This document shows positions 8,786-19,203 of a DNA stretch of 64,000 nucleotides, one piece after another; position 1 is the stretch's first letter, and each line of letters starts with the position of its first letter. The position numbers were made by a program, and so were the translations under genes. The stretch covers positions 1-64,000 of the forward strand of contig JAVVGF010000001.1 in NCBI GenBank assembly GCA_032249235.1, given 5' to 3'. The notes beneath the pieces are model-generated. The model saw nothing but the letters and a program-made list of their open reading frames with translations, was not told the DNA's origin and ran no database searches. This stretch comes from Thermoproteota archaeon. Lineage in GTDB: Archaea; Thermoproteota; Thermoprotei; Gearchaeales; Gearchaeaceae.

Positions 8786-9732
8786 TGTTATATCCTGAGG
8801 AATTATTCATTAAAGATATTTTACCTAATTTCAGAATTGTTTTGGCAAAAAAACTAATAGAGAAAGGATATTCACAATCTAAAATAGCTAAGCTTATAGG
8901 CGTAACGCAAGCAAGGGTTAACACATATGCCAAAGCTGACTTGAAAAAAGCATTAGATAAGATTGAAGAGATTGGCTTCAATATAGAAGAATTCAACTCT
9001 TTAATCGATTCGATTGTCAATGAACAATCTTTAGATGCAATATTCATACTTAGGAATCTTAGAAATTATTTCCTTTCATCTTTAACTTCTGGCTTATTGT
9101 GTAAATATCACATTAAAGTAGCTAACTTAAGTCCTTATTGTGATGTATGTTTAAAATATAAAGAAGTCTCGAGCTTAACTGAAAGATTGAAAATGATGCA
9201 AGAGATTAAAAAAGCCGTTGAAAATTTAGTTTCTTCAAAAGAATTCTTCTTTTTAATTCCAGAAGTATATACAAACTTGGCTTATTCACTACCAAATCCT
9301 CAAGGAATAAATGATGTTTTATCTTTTCCAGGAAGAATAATAAAGTTCAAGAATGCTGTGAAAATAATTTCAGAACCTGAATTCGGGGCTTCTAAGCATA
9401 TAGCTAACATGTTAATAGAAGCAAATAAGAAAAATCAGGAGATAAGGGCTTGTCTCTGCATAAAGTATGATGAAAATATTTTAAGGATAATTAAATCACT
9501 TAGATACTCTTTTGCCTTCAACTATAAGAAGAAGAAAATTTATCAAGATCCTGTAGTGGAAGCTTTCAAGGAATTCTTGAAGAATAATCCTGTGCCACAG
9601 ATATTGATAGATAAAGGAGGAAAGGGATTAGAACCTGTATGTTATATATTTGGCAGAAATCCTTCAGAAGTAGTTAGTATAGCCTTGAGTATTTCTAAAA
9701 GTTATTTCGAGCGAGTAATAGTTGCGATATAG
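8785..9732 (+). CDS. thiR: ThiR-type regulator: XRE HTH fused to a ThiN (thiamine-phosphate synthase-like) domain
   Basis: YSQSKIAKLIGVTQARVNTY HTH; LIPEVYTNL, PGRI, PEFGASKHIA and GGKGLEP ThiN motifs; start placed at the ATG at 8785. Confidence 0.8.
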   Translation: MLYPEELFIKDILPNFRIVLAKKLIEKGYSQSKIAKLIGVTQARVNTYAKADLKKALDKIEEIGFNIEEFNSLIDSIVNEQSLDAIFILRNLRNYFLSSLTSGLLCKYHIKVANLSPYCDVCLKYKEVSSLTERLKMMQEIKKAVENLVSSKEFFFLIPEVYTNLAYSLPNPQGINDVLSFPGRIIKFKNAVKIISEPEFGASKHIANMLIEANKKNQEIRACLCIKYDENILRIIKSLRYSFAFNYKKKKIYQDPVVEAFKEFLKNNPVPQILIDKGGKGLEPVCYIFGRNPSEVVSIALSISKSYFERVIVAI

Positions 9733-9766
9733 TTTTAAATTTGTATTTTTTTAAAGAAATAGCATC

Positions 9767-10615
9767 ATGATAAGAAAAGTTGTAATACCTGCTGCAGGCT
9801 TAGGTACTAGATTATTATCTGTAACAAAAGAACTGCCTAAAGAAATGCTACCGATATTTTATAGAAACTCAAATGGTGATATTTATCTAAAGCCAATCTT
9901 ACAAGTCATTTTTGAACAGTTTTATAAAGAAGGATTTAGGGAATTTTGCTTTATCGTAGGTAGAGGAAAAAGGGCTGTAGAAGATCATTTCACTCCTGAT
10001 TTTTCATTTCTTTCGTTGCTAAGAGAAAGGGGAAAAGAGAAAATTGCTAAGATGATGGAGGAATTTTATGAAATGATTCAAGATTGTATAATTGTTTGGA
10101 TAAATCAACCTGAACCTTTAGGTTTTGGTCATGCTGTTTATTTATCGAAGAAATTTGTGAGAGACGAACCGTTTATAGTAGCTGCAGGTGATACTGTAGT
10201 CCTAACAAAGAACGAATCTCATATTAAAAGGTTAATAAATAAGCATCAAAAAGAAGGAGCAATTGCTACTCTTCTTCTTCATGAAGTTGAAGATCCAAGC
10301 GAATACGGCGTTGCAATAGTTAAGGATGAAAAAGTCATAAAGGTGGTTGAAAAACCTAAAGAAAAGATTTCAAATTTAGCAATATTGCCAATATACGTAT
10401 TTGAGCCAATAATCTTCAATTCTCTGGAAGCTACTCATAAAGGCCATGGAGGAGAAATCCAGCTAACTGATGCAATACAAAAACTCATATCTTGGGAACT
10501 AAAAATAACGTATGAAATTTTAGATAAGGAAAGTAAATGCTTAGACATCGGTCATCCAATATTTTATTATAAATCTTTGATTGAATCTTTTGAATCCTCT
10601 ACTTGGCTTAAATAA
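9767..10615 (+). CDS. galU: UTP-glucose-1-phosphate uridylyltransferase
   Basis: IPAAGLGTRLL..TKELPKEMLP, QPEPLGFGHAV and GEIQLTDAI motifs. Confidence 0.85.
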   Translation: MIRKVVIPAAGLGTRLLSVTKELPKEMLPIFYRNSNGDIYLKPILQVIFEQFYKEGFREFCFIVGRGKRAVEDHFTPDFSFLSLLRERGKEKIAKMMEEFYEMIQDCIIVWINQPEPLGFGHAVYLSKKFVRDEPFIVAAGDTVVLTKNESHIKRLINKHQKEGAIATLLLHEVEDPSEYGVAIVKDEKVIKVVEKPKEKISNLAILPIYVFEPIIFNSLEATHKGHGGEIQLTDAIQKLISWELKITYEILDKESKCLDIGHPIFYYKSLIESFESSTWLK

Positions 10616-10637
10616 TAGTTATTTCTAATAAGAAAAA

Positions 10638-11936
10638 ATGAAGGTTGGCGTAATAGGAGCAGGATATGCAGGGTTAACTTTAGCATGTCTTGCTGATAAA
10701 GGTCATGAAGTTATTTTCATCGATGTAGACGAGAATAAGGTTAAAAAAATAAATGAAGGCTTATCTCCTATTTTTGAACCGGGCTTAGATGATATAATTA
10801 GAAGAAACATAGGTAAGAGAATATGGGCATTCAACGATTATCATAAACTAATTGATTGCGACGTTATTTTCATATGCGTTCCAACACCTTCAAATGATGA
10901 CGGCTCTATCAACTTATATTATGTTCGAAATGCAATTGAAAACGTTGCAAAAGTTTTGAAATTCATAAATAAGTTCGTCGTCATCGCTGTTAAGAGCACT
11001 GTTTTGCCAGGAACAACGATTTCTCTAATCCCAATCATTGAAGAAATATCGGGTAAAAAAGCAACAATAGATTTCGGCATTTGCATGAATCCAGAGTTTT
11101 TAAAAGAAGGTAGTGCAGTCCGTGATTTCTTAAATCCAGATAAAGTAGTCATTGGCATTATCGATGAAAAATCTAAAGAAATCATGCTTGAATTATATAA
11201 ATGGGTTGATGACAGAGTTCCTAGAATAGTAACTAATCCAAATACTGCTGAAATGATAAAATATGCACAAAATGCAGCATTAGCTTCGAGAATCTCATTC
11301 ATAAATGAAATTGCAAACATTTGTGAAAAGTTCAATGTTGATATATTAGATGTAGCTTATGCGATAGGATTAGATCCTCGTATAGGTCCATATTTCTTGA
11401 AAGCTGGTATAGGTTTTGGAGGAAGTTGCTTACCGAAGGATTTAAAAGCTTTGATTAATGCAGCAGAATCAAAAGGAGTAGATGTGATGGTTTTGAAGTC
11501 TATTTTAGAAAGAAATGAGAAGCAACCTTATAGAGCAATAGAATTGTTGAAATCTTTCATTCCTAACTTAAAAAATAAAAAGATTGCGCTACTTGGTTTA
11601 TCTTTTAAATCCAATACAGATGATATAAGAGAATCTTCTGCAATAAAAATAGCTAAGAAGCTAATTGAAGAAGGTGCATATGTTAAAGTCTATGATCCTA
11701 AAGCTATGGAGAATGCGAAAAAGGTTTTAGGAGAAAAAGTAGAATATTGCAAATCAGCTATAGAATGTCTAAAAGATTCTGATGCATGCATTATTGCAAC
11801 AGATTGGGAAGAATTCAAAGATATCCACTATTCAAAATTCAAAATTCCAATAATTGATGGAAGAAGAATATTGGATCGCATTAAAGCTAAAAATTTGGGA
11901 AATAGATATAAAGGTATAGGATGGCCGGCGAATTAG
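10638..11936 (+). CDS. ugd: UDP-glucose/GDP-mannose 6-dehydrogenase
   Basis: GAGYAG, CVPTP, KSTVLPG, NPEFLKEG and GFGGSCLPKD motifs. Confidence 0.9.
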   Translation: MKVGVIGAGYAGLTLACLADKGHEVIFIDVDENKVKKINEGLSPIFEPGLDDIIRRNIGKRIWAFNDYHKLIDCDVIFICVPTPSNDDGSINLYYVRNAIENVAKVLKFINKFVVIAVKSTVLPGTTISLIPIIEEISGKKATIDFGICMNPEFLKEGSAVRDFLNPDKVVIGIIDEKSKEIMLELYKWVDDRVPRIVTNPNTAEMIKYAQNAALASRISFINEIANICEKFNVDILDVAYAIGLDPRIGPYFLKAGIGFGGSCLPKDLKALINAAESKGVDVMVLKSILERNEKQPYRAIELLKSFIPNLKNKKIALLGLSFKSNTDDIRESSAIKIAKKLIEEGAYVKVYDPKAMENAKKVLGEKVEYCKSAIECLKDSDACIIATDWEEFKDIHYSKFKIPIIDGRRILDRIKAKNLGNRYKGIGWPAN

Positions 11937-12337
11937 AAGATGAGGAGTTGAAAAGAATTCTTGAAAAGAAATATAGAGAAATATTAAAAGAATTCGAAAA
12001 ACCTAAGCTAAAATATGGAAAACCTATTGTTTTAAATTCGAATAATTTTGATGAATATATACAAAAAGCAAAAATTGCTATTATAGATTTTTGGGCTGAA
12101 TGGTGTATGCCATGTAAAATTATTGCACCTATAATTGAAGAATTAGCAAGAGAATATCCTGATGTATTATTTGGAAAAGTAAATGTTGATGAAAATCCAG
12201 ATTTAGCAGAAAGATTTTATGTTTCAGCAATACCTACATTAATTCTTTTTAAAAATGGTGAATATCAAGATAGAATCGTTGGCGTTGTTCCAAAGATAAA
12301 ACTTCAAAAACTTATTGATAGCTATCTCAGTATTTAA
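11921..12337 (+). CDS. trxA: Thioredoxin
   Basis: DFWAEWCMPC and SAIPTL motifs. Confidence 0.93.
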   Translation: MAGELEDEELKRILEKKYREILKEFEKPKLKYGKPIVLNSNNFDEYIQKAKIAIIDFWAEWCMPCKIIAPIIEELAREYPDVLFGKVNVDENPDLAERFYVSAIPTLILFKNGEYQDRIVGVVPKIKLQKLIDSYLSI

Positions 12338-12372
12338 ACTTCATCTTTTTTATAGGGATGTATACATAAATC

Positions 12373-12399
12373 TATAAATCAAAAAAGAAAAGATTTATA
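12373..12399. promoter_or_regulatory. Inverted repeat overlapping the BRE/TATA of the wHTH gene
   Basis: TATAAATC-11 nt-GATTTATA, ending about 28 bp before the ATG at 12428. Confidence 0.4.
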
Positions 12400-12427
12400 A
12401 ATAAGTTCTTTTAGAAAATATACAACT

Positions 12428-12742
12428 ATGTCAGCACAAGCAAAAACTGAAAAGGAAGAAGCAAAAGTATATGTAAAAGGTAAATGGTTAACAGTAAAAG
12501 AAGTATCTCAAAGTTATGGTAAACCACTAACTGCAACCGCAATTGAAATTTTAAAATGGTTAAGAGAAAAAGGAGAACCTGTATATTTCTTAGATTTTGT
12601 TAAAGAATTAAATCTAAATAAAATTACAGCATATTATACTTTAAGAAAACTTGAAGCAAAAGGTTTAATAGTAAGAATAGGTAAAAGAAACGCTCTTATA
12701 GGATTAACTCAAAAAGGTTTTGAAGAAAGTCAGAAAGCTTAA
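12428..12742 (+). CDS. Small basic winged-helix DNA-binding protein (Lrs14/TrmB/MarR-like)
   Basis: ELNLNKITAYYTLRKLEAKGLIVR...LTQKG wHTH signature. Confidence 0.8.
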   Translation: MSAQAKTEKEEAKVYVKGKWLTVKEVSQSYGKPLTATAIEILKWLREKGEPVYFLDFVKELNLNKITAYYTLRKLEAKGLIVRIGKRNALIGLTQKGFEESQKA

Positions 12743-12766
12743 AAATAATTTAATTTAAATTTTTTT

Positions 12767-13456
12767 ATGTTACCTATTTCTGAGATATTCTATTCTATTC
12801 AAGGCGAGGGCTTAAATCTAGGAAGACCTTCGATTTTCATTAGGCTTTATTATTGTAATCTTTATTGTTCTTGGTGCGATACTAAATATACTTGGTTGAA
12901 TCAAGAGAAAGCTAAAGAGGGCATTGATTATTTTCTAATGGATAATGAAGTAATTTATAAAGCAATTTCAAGCTATCCTGCTAACAATGTAGTGATAACA
13001 GGTGGCGAACCTCTTTTACATCAATCGAAATTGGTTGATTTGATCAAATTACTTAAAACTAAAAACTATAGTGTAGAAATAGAAACGAATGGAACGATCA
13101 TGCCTAAGGCAGATTTGATCGATAAAGTAGATTTATTTACAGTTTCCCCTAAGTTAGCAAATTCAGGAGTTAAATACGAACATAGAATAAGAAAGGATGT
13201 TTTAAAGTTATTCTCATCACTTGAAAATGCTGTGTTTAAATTTGTAATACAAGAGAAAGAAGATATCGAAGAGGTTTTATCGCTCGTTAAAGAATTAGGA
13301 ATAAAAAATGAAAAGATATTTTTAATGCCTGAAGGAACTGACCCATCGATATTGCTATCAAGGTCTTCATGGCTTGTTGAAATATGTAAGGAATTCAATT
13401 TTAAATTTAGTCCAAGACTCCATATCATGATTTGGGGCAATAAAAGAGGGGTTTAG
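12767..13456 (+). CDS. queE: 7-carboxy-7-deazaguanine synthase (radical SAM)
   Basis: EIFYSIQGEG, CNLYCSWCDT, TGGEP, ETNG, VSPKL and PRLHI motifs. Confidence 0.92.
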   Translation: MLPISEIFYSIQGEGLNLGRPSIFIRLYYCNLYCSWCDTKYTWLNQEKAKEGIDYFLMDNEVIYKAISSYPANNVVITGGEPLLHQSKLVDLIKLLKTKNYSVEIETNGTIMPKADLIDKVDLFTVSPKLANSGVKYEHRIRKDVLKLFSSLENAVFKFVIQEKEDIEEVLSLVKELGIKNEKIFLMPEGTDPSILLSRSSWLVEICKEFNFKFSPRLHIMIWGNKRGV

Positions 13457-14166
13457 TAAGGAAGATTGTATTTCTTTTTAAATTCTCTTTGTACTACCTT
13501 ACCTAGATCATTATATATTAAAATGATGAAATACAAGCTTAAAGCAGCTAATATAATACCTAATATTGAAAGATAACTTTGATTATAAATTATACCAAAG
13601 ATGTAAAAAAGTAAAGGTCTTAAGTAACCATCGACAGTTTCTATAGTATCAAAAGTAAAGTATAATACCACAAAGAATCCTATCAATGAAATTAAAAAAA
13701 ATGAATGTCTAGATAAGTCATTTTCATTTAAATCTTTACTTAATGAATAAAAGGATAAGACTAAGGAAAGTATTAATATAGATGCTATTATCAATAAAAT
13801 CCTTAATATAAATATTCCAACTGCTACGCTATTCATTAGAGGATTTTTAAAAATAACATTTATGATATCATAACTGAATCCTACATATGAAAGTAATATT
13901 ATGAACTCTACAATGAATAAAATGCTGAAAATAATAATTAAAATACCTGTTATTAAATAACTAATTCTATAACGTGTTTTTTCCTTTGATATCGAGAAAA
14001 ATCCTCTAGCAATTTCTATGAAGCTCGCGAAAATTAAAACTTCTCCAAGAACTGGAGAACCAGGTATAGGTAAACCTATGAATATAACTGCTAATAAAAA
14101 TATGCCTATGCCGAGAGTGATCTTTGTAAGTTTATTTAATATTGCATCTCCACTTAATCCTTGCAT
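13453..14166 (-). CDS. Hypothetical multi-pass membrane protein
   Basis: 237-aa ORF with 6-7 hydrophobic segments. Confidence 0.65.
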   Translation of the reverse strand: MQGLSGDAILNKLTKITLGIGIFLLAVIFIGLPIPGSPVLGEVLIFASFIEIARGFFSISKEKTRYRISYLITGILIIIFSILFIVEFIILLSYVGFSYDIINVIFKNPLMNSVAVGIFILRILLIIASILILSLVLSFYSLSKDLNENDLSRHSFFLISLIGFFVVLYFTFDTIETVDGYLRPLLFYIFGIIYNQSYLSILGIILAALSLYFIILIYNDLGKVVQREFKKKYNLPY

Positions 14167-14194
14167 ACCTAACTCCTTCTATCTTTATTCAAAT

Positions 14195-15160
14195 TTAAGC
14201 TTTATTGTAGAAGATGAATTTTTTTATGCTTCCATATTTTATCTCTCTGAAGACTTCGTTTGCTTCTTCAAGTTTGAAATATTTCTTCTCTACATCGCTT
14301 ATATTCATTTTCTTAAGTAATTCAAAAGACTTAATTATCTCTACTTGATTGGGTATACCAATTCCTATTATTTTTTTGTTTTCAAAAAAATGAGGAATCT
14401 TAATGCTTGAGAGTCCAGTTAAAATCAATTTTCCACCTTTCCTTAGCTTATTTAATATTTCTTCAATTATAATATGAGAATCGCACGTTATGATTGCATA
14501 ATCAAAATATCCTTTCTCGACATATTTTAATTCATTAGAACTCGGATCATTTTTTCTCATAGAAAAATGTTTAATTTCCATGTTTCTAATCTCAGCGATT
14601 GCTTTGGCGAATTTTGCTATCATATCATCACCTATAATTGCTATTCTGCTTTCAAAACTATTTTCTATATAATTTAGACCCTTAAACGCAATTGCAAATT
14701 CGCATAACGCAAAAGTCTCATCTTTTATCCATTGAGGGACTTTTATCAATCTTTTAGACTTTATTCTTATAAACTCTGCAAGTCCGCCATCTGCGCTTTC
14801 TCCTGTTATTATTAAAGATTCACATAAATCTTGTCTATTCATCAAACAATTGTAGCACTTATCGCATGAATCGTATATGAAACTAATTGCAACTCGTTCA
14901 TTTAGTTTGAAATTGCTGACCTTTGAACCTAATTTTTCAATTCTTCCTATAATCTCATGTCCAGGTATCAAAGGAAGCTTCCTTGGATAGCCATATAGCA
15001 TCCATTTACCTTCAATAATATCCAAATCAATTTTGCATATTCCACAATACTCGACTTTAACAAGAACTTCATCCTCTGCTAGCTCTTTCAATCTTATCTC
15101 TCTAGCTACTAAAGGTTTTTCTTCTATATTTGATGGCTTTACTAAAAAACAAGCTTTCAC
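14195..15160 (-). CDS. Zn-dependent alcohol dehydrogenase-like protein (MDR family) with degenerate nucleotide-binding domain
   Basis: CGIC, PGHEIIG and structural Zn CDKCYNC...C motifs; GxGxxG missing. Confidence 0.8.
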   Translation of the reverse strand: MKACFLVKPSNIEEKPLVAREIRLKELAEDEVLVKVEYCGICKIDLDIIEGKWMLYGYPRKLPLIPGHEIIGRIEKLGSKVSNFKLNERVAISFIYDSCDKCYNCLMNRQDLCESLIITGESADGGLAEFIRIKSKRLIKVPQWIKDETFALCEFAIAFKGLNYIENSFESRIAIIGDDMIAKFAKAIAEIRNMEIKHFSMRKNDPSSNELKYVEKGYFDYAIITCDSHIIIEEILNKLRKGGKLILTGLSSIKIPHFFENKKIIGIGIPNQVEIIKSFELLKKMNISDVEKKYFKLEEANEVFREIKYGSIKKFIFYNKA

Positions 15161-15600
15161 GAACTACTTTCTATTAATCTTTTATGCGTCTTCATCATAC
15201 ATCTATTCCATATTATTTCAATGTTGTTTTTCTTTGCAAGTTCAACAGCTTCTTTATTATATATGCCTTCTTGAAGCCAAATTAGCTTAATATCGCCTCT
15301 TTCAATTGCATCTTTTACTACATTTATCACATCTTCAGAAGGTCTGAAAACGTCAACAATATCTATTTTTATATCCTTTGGTATATCCTTAAGGCTTTTA
15401 TAGGATTTTTCTCCAAAAACTTCGTCTGCAAATGGATTAACAGGTATTATTTTATAGCCTTTTGTTTTGAGATATAATGGAACATAATGGGCTGGCTTAC
15501 CGCTGGTTCTTGAAGCACCTACAACAGCTATTGTTTTTGAATTTTTCAATATTTCTTTTAATTTTTCATCCGAATATCCATCATCAGGTATTTCGCTCAT
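15157..15600 (-). CDS. CoA-binding protein (YccU-like)
   Basis: TIAVVGAS, IIPVNP, DIVDVFRPS, IWLQEG and NRCMM motifs. Confidence 0.92.
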   Translation of the reverse strand: MSEIPDDGYSDEKLKEILKNSKTIAVVGASRTSGKPAHYVPLYLKTKGYKIIPVNPFADEVFGEKSYKSLKDIPKDIKIDIVDVFRPSEDVINVVKDAIERGDIKLIWLQEGIYNKEAVELAKKNNIEIIWNRCMMKTHKRLIESSS

Positions 15601-15667
15601 ATTATTATGAATAAATTAAGCAATATTTACGATTAAATTTTATTATACCTTCTCGAAATAGTTAAAT

Positions 15668-17779
15668 ATGCAATTGGACTTAACAAGTTTTCCACTTTAC
15701 ATAGCTTTGGTATCTCTCTTATATGCAGCGGTTCAAATCGCATTGTTATTGAGACAAAATCCTGGAAGCAAAAGAATGCAAGAAATTGCTAATGCGGTTA
15801 AAATCGGTGCTACAGCTTTCCTCATTAAAGAATATTTAGTAATCCTTCCTGCAGGAGTAATATTAGCGATCGCTATTTATTTATTAGTTGGGCCAATTCC
15901 CGCACTAGGTTTCGTAACAGGTGCTTTATTTTCAGCTCTTGCTGGTTTCATAGGAATGAGTATAACAGTAAGATCCAGTTCAAGGGTAGCTCAAATAGCT
16001 AGTAAAGGCTTAGGTCATGCATTAAGTTTAGCCTTTAGAGGAGGAAGCGTAATGGGATTTAGCGTTGCAGGTTTTGCTCTTTTAGGATTGTCTTTATTCG
16101 TCTTATTATTTGGGAATGATATAGTGACGAGTCCAGCATTAATAGCTGGATTAGGATTTGGGGCAAGTTTAATTGCAATGTTCATGAGAGTTGGTGGAGG
16201 AATTTATACAAAGGCTGCAGATTTAGGTGCAGATCTAGTAGGTAAAGTAGAAGTAGGAATACCTGAGGATGATCCGAGAAATCCTGCAGTTATAGCAGAT
16301 AACGTAGGAGATAACGTAGGAGACTGTGCAGGAATGGGTTCGGACGTTTATGAATCTTATATAGTTATAGGAATTGCTTCGATAATTTTAGCAGCGCTAT
16401 TATTACAACCAACCTCTGATTTCCCCTTCAAAGATTTCTCGCTTATTTATTTGCCACTTTTAATAGGTGCATTTGGAATAATAGGTTCAATCATTGGTTC
16501 ATTATTCGTAAATCCAAAGTTGGGAAATAGATTACCTCCGATGAGGGTTTTAGATATTGCTTTCATAATTTCTAGCATAATTGTGATAACTCTAACTTAC
16601 GTAATAAGCTACTCAATAATGCCTTCAAATATTGCTCAAAGTATAACTATCGCTGCCATAACTGGAGTAGTTTTAGTAGTGGTAATCGAAAAGATTGTAG
16701 ACTACTATACTTCTTATAACTATAATCCAACAAAGTCGATTGCTGAAGCATCTAAGATAAGCGCGGCTACAAACTTCTTGCAAGGATATTCTGTTGGTCT
16801 TAAAAGCACAGCTCCTAGTGCCTTAGCTTTAGTCATCGCAGTATTGATAAGTTATTTAAGCGGCTATTATGCTACTAACAATAGTCTTTTCGCAGTATAT
16901 AACACTGCAATAGCTACGATGGCTATGCTTTCTTTAACAGCTATAGTTATGTCCATAGATTCTTATGGACCAATTACTGATAATGCAAATGGAATTGTTG
17001 AGATGAGCGGATTAGGTGAAGATGTTAGGCTCGTAACCGAAAAATTGGATGCTGTTGGAAATACTGTCAAGGCTACGACTAAAGGTTTCGCCATAGCAAG
17101 TGCAGCATTATCTGCTCTAGCCTTATTCCAAGCTTTTCAAACAGAAGTTGCAATCAAAGCACAAACTATTCCTAAATATATACAAGCATATGGTTCATCT
17201 TCAATACAGTTCGTTCTTTCAGATCCAAAGGTTATAATCGGCTTATTAGTAGGAGGTTTGCTTCCTTTCTTCTTTTCTTCTTTCTTAATAAGCGCTGTAG
17301 GAAGGACAGCGATGAAGGTTGTTCTAGAAGTGAGGAGACAATTCAAAGAAATACCTGGCTTGTTAGAAGGAAAAGCTTCACCAGATTATAGCAAATGCAT
17401 AGGTATAACTACGCAGGAATCTTTGAAAGAACTCGCTCTTCCTGGTTTGCTTGCAGTGTTAACGCCTATTGTTTTAGGCTTAATCCTAGGGCCTTTAGCT
17501 TTAGGAGGTCTTTTGATAGGAAGCGTAGTAAGTGGAGTTTTTCTAGCTTTACTCATGGCAAATGGAGGTGCAGCATGGGATAATGCCAAGAAATTCATCG
17601 AGCTAGGTAATTTTGGTGGAAAAGGAAGCGATGCTCATAAAGTAGCTATAGTGGGAGATACGGTAGGAGATCCATTTAAGGATACAGCAGGACCGTCATT
17701 GAACTCTTTGATAAAAGTCTTAAACACAATATCTATAGTCTTCCTTTCAACTATAATGACTTATGCAATTCTAGTGTGA
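15668..17779 (+). CDS. hppA: Membrane H+-translocating pyrophosphatase, K+-independent type
   Basis: GGGIYTKAADLGADLVGKVE, DNVGDNVGD and GDTVGDPFKD motifs; GNTVKA has Lys at the K+-determinant position. Confidence 0.95.
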   Translation: MQLDLTSFPLYIALVSLLYAAVQIALLLRQNPGSKRMQEIANAVKIGATAFLIKEYLVILPAGVILAIAIYLLVGPIPALGFVTGALFSALAGFIGMSITVRSSSRVAQIASKGLGHALSLAFRGGSVMGFSVAGFALLGLSLFVLLFGNDIVTSPALIAGLGFGASLIAMFMRVGGGIYTKAADLGADLVGKVEVGIPEDDPRNPAVIADNVGDNVGDCAGMGSDVYESYIVIGIASIILAALLLQPTSDFPFKDFSLIYLPLLIGAFGIIGSIIGSLFVNPKLGNRLPPMRVLDIAFIISSIIVITLTYVISYSIMPSNIAQSITIAAITGVVLVVVIEKIVDYYTSYNYNPTKSIAEASKISAATNFLQGYSVGLKSTAPSALALVIAVLISYLSGYYATNNSLFAVYNTAIATMAMLSLTAIVMSIDSYGPITDNANGIVEMSGLGEDVRLVTEKLDAVGNTVKATTKGFAIASAALSALALFQAFQTEVAIKAQTIPKYIQAYGSSSIQFVLSDPKVIIGLLVGGLLPFFFSSFLISAVGRTAMKVVLEVRRQFKEIPGLLEGKASPDYSKCIGITTQESLKELALPGLLAVLTPIVLGLILGPLALGGLLIGSVVSGVFLALLMANGGAAWDNAKKFIELGNFGGKGSDAHKVAIVGDTVGDPFKDTAGPSLNSLIKVLNTISIVFLSTIMTYAILV

Positions 17780-18460
17780 TCATTCTATTTTTATAATACC
17801 TTTTTTAGTACCAACTAATATTTCTGAAATATTTTCATAAAAGATACCATTTTCTATTACACCTTTTATCTCATTTATTTTCTCAGATAACTCTTTAGGA
17901 TTTTCTATTATTCCGAAGTTAGCATCTATTATATAGTTTCCGTTATCTGTAATTATTGGCCCGTCTTTAATTCTTTCACCAGTTCTAATTTGCACTTCTG
18001 CACCCATTTTTTTTAGTCTTAATATTACAGGTTTCAATGCAAATGGCAAAACTTCAATAGCCACTTTGGCTTTTTCTCCAATTTTGTTAGAAAGTTTTGA
18101 TTCGTCTACTAAAATTACATATTTTTTCGAACAAGAAGCTATAATTTTCTCTCTTAACAACGCAGCTCCTCTTCCTTTTAGCGCAAATTTTCTCCTATCT
18201 ACTTCATCGGCTCCGTCAAAGCTTATATCTAATTCAGGATATGAATCTAAACTCTCAATTCTTAATCCTAAAGATGAAAGCTTTAAATATATCTGGCTTG
18301 AAGCAGGTACGAAGCCTATATGCCATCCTTCTTCAGCGATCTTTTTATAAATTTCATCAATAAACAATTCAATAGTGCTTCCTGAACCAAGACCAATAAC
18401 ATTACCATCTTTAATTAATTTAATAGCTTCTTTAATTGCGTTTAGTTTTAATTCACTCAT
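17780..18460 (-). CDS. rpiA: Ribose-5-phosphate isomerase A
   Basis: GLGSGST, DGADEVD, KGRGAALLREK and TDNGNYIID motifs. Confidence 0.95.
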   Translation of the reverse strand: MSELKLNAIKEAIKLIKDGNVIGLGSGSTIELFIDEIYKKIAEEGWHIGFVPASSQIYLKLSSLGLRIESLDSYPELDISFDGADEVDRRKFALKGRGAALLREKIIASCSKKYVILVDESKLSNKIGEKAKVAIEVLPFALKPVILRLKKMGAEVQIRTGERIKDGPIITDNGNYIIDANFGIIENPKELSEKINEIKGVIENGIFYENISEILVGTKKGIIKIE

Positions 18461-18509
18461 ATTTGGATTATTGAAAATAATTTAATAAATGAAATATTAA
18501 TCAAAATCG

Positions 18510-19040
18510 ATGAAGTTCTATACTCGTACAGGAGATAGTGGAGAAACAAGCTTAATGCATGGAGAGCGCGTATTCAAAGATGATGAAAGGATTGAATGTT
18601 TAGGCAATTTGGACGAATTAAGCTCATTTATCGGTTTAGCTATTTCTAGAATCAAACATGAAGAAATTAAAAATAATTTAATAGAAATACAAAAGATCAT
18701 TTATTTTGCAGGTGCAGAAATTGCTGATACAAAAAATCAAACAAGAATAATAAAAGAAGAACATTTGGAAGCGTTAGAAAAAATAACAGATGCATATTCT
18801 TCTAAAATCGAACCTTTGAAACATTTCATTCTACCAGGAGGTTCTGAAGCTTCCTCTTTGATTCATGTTTGCAGGGCTGTTTGTAGAAGACTAGAACGCT
18901 CCTTAGTTAGGCTTAATAAGAAAGATAGGTTGAATCCTGTCCTCTTAAAATATTTCAATCGTTTATCTTCTTTTCTTTTCGTTCTAGCATTATACATAAA
19001 TAAAATTGAAGGGTATAAAGAATTAGAAGCGAAATTTTAA
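18510..19040 (+). CDS. pduO: ATP:cob(I)alamin adenosyltransferase (PduO type)
   Basis: YTRTGDSGETSL, GNLDELSS, FILPGG, RAVCRRLER and NRLSS motifs. Confidence 0.92.
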   Translation: MKFYTRTGDSGETSLMHGERVFKDDERIECLGNLDELSSFIGLAISRIKHEEIKNNLIEIQKIIYFAGAEIADTKNQTRIIKEEHLEALEKITDAYSSKIEPLKHFILPGGSEASSLIHVCRAVCRRLERSLVRLNKKDRLNPVLLKYFNRLSSFLFVLALYINKIEGYKELEAKF

Positions 19041-19203
19041 TTTTATCTTAATTAAAATTGTTCTGTTGCTAACTATTTTATTCAAAAAATTAAATAAATT
19101 TGCCTACTTCCAAGAATCACTTCATTTATTCAAGCTACTCTATCATTTTTTATGAACTTTCAAATACATTTCAGCTTATTAAAATCGCTTTAATTTTATT
19201 TCT

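Noticed and set aside
12767-13456. queE/queC as a 7-deazaguanine DNA-modification (dpd) system
   Set aside because: The genes are unlinked, sit in housekeeping context and lack dpdA or other defence genes; archaeosine synthesis explains them.
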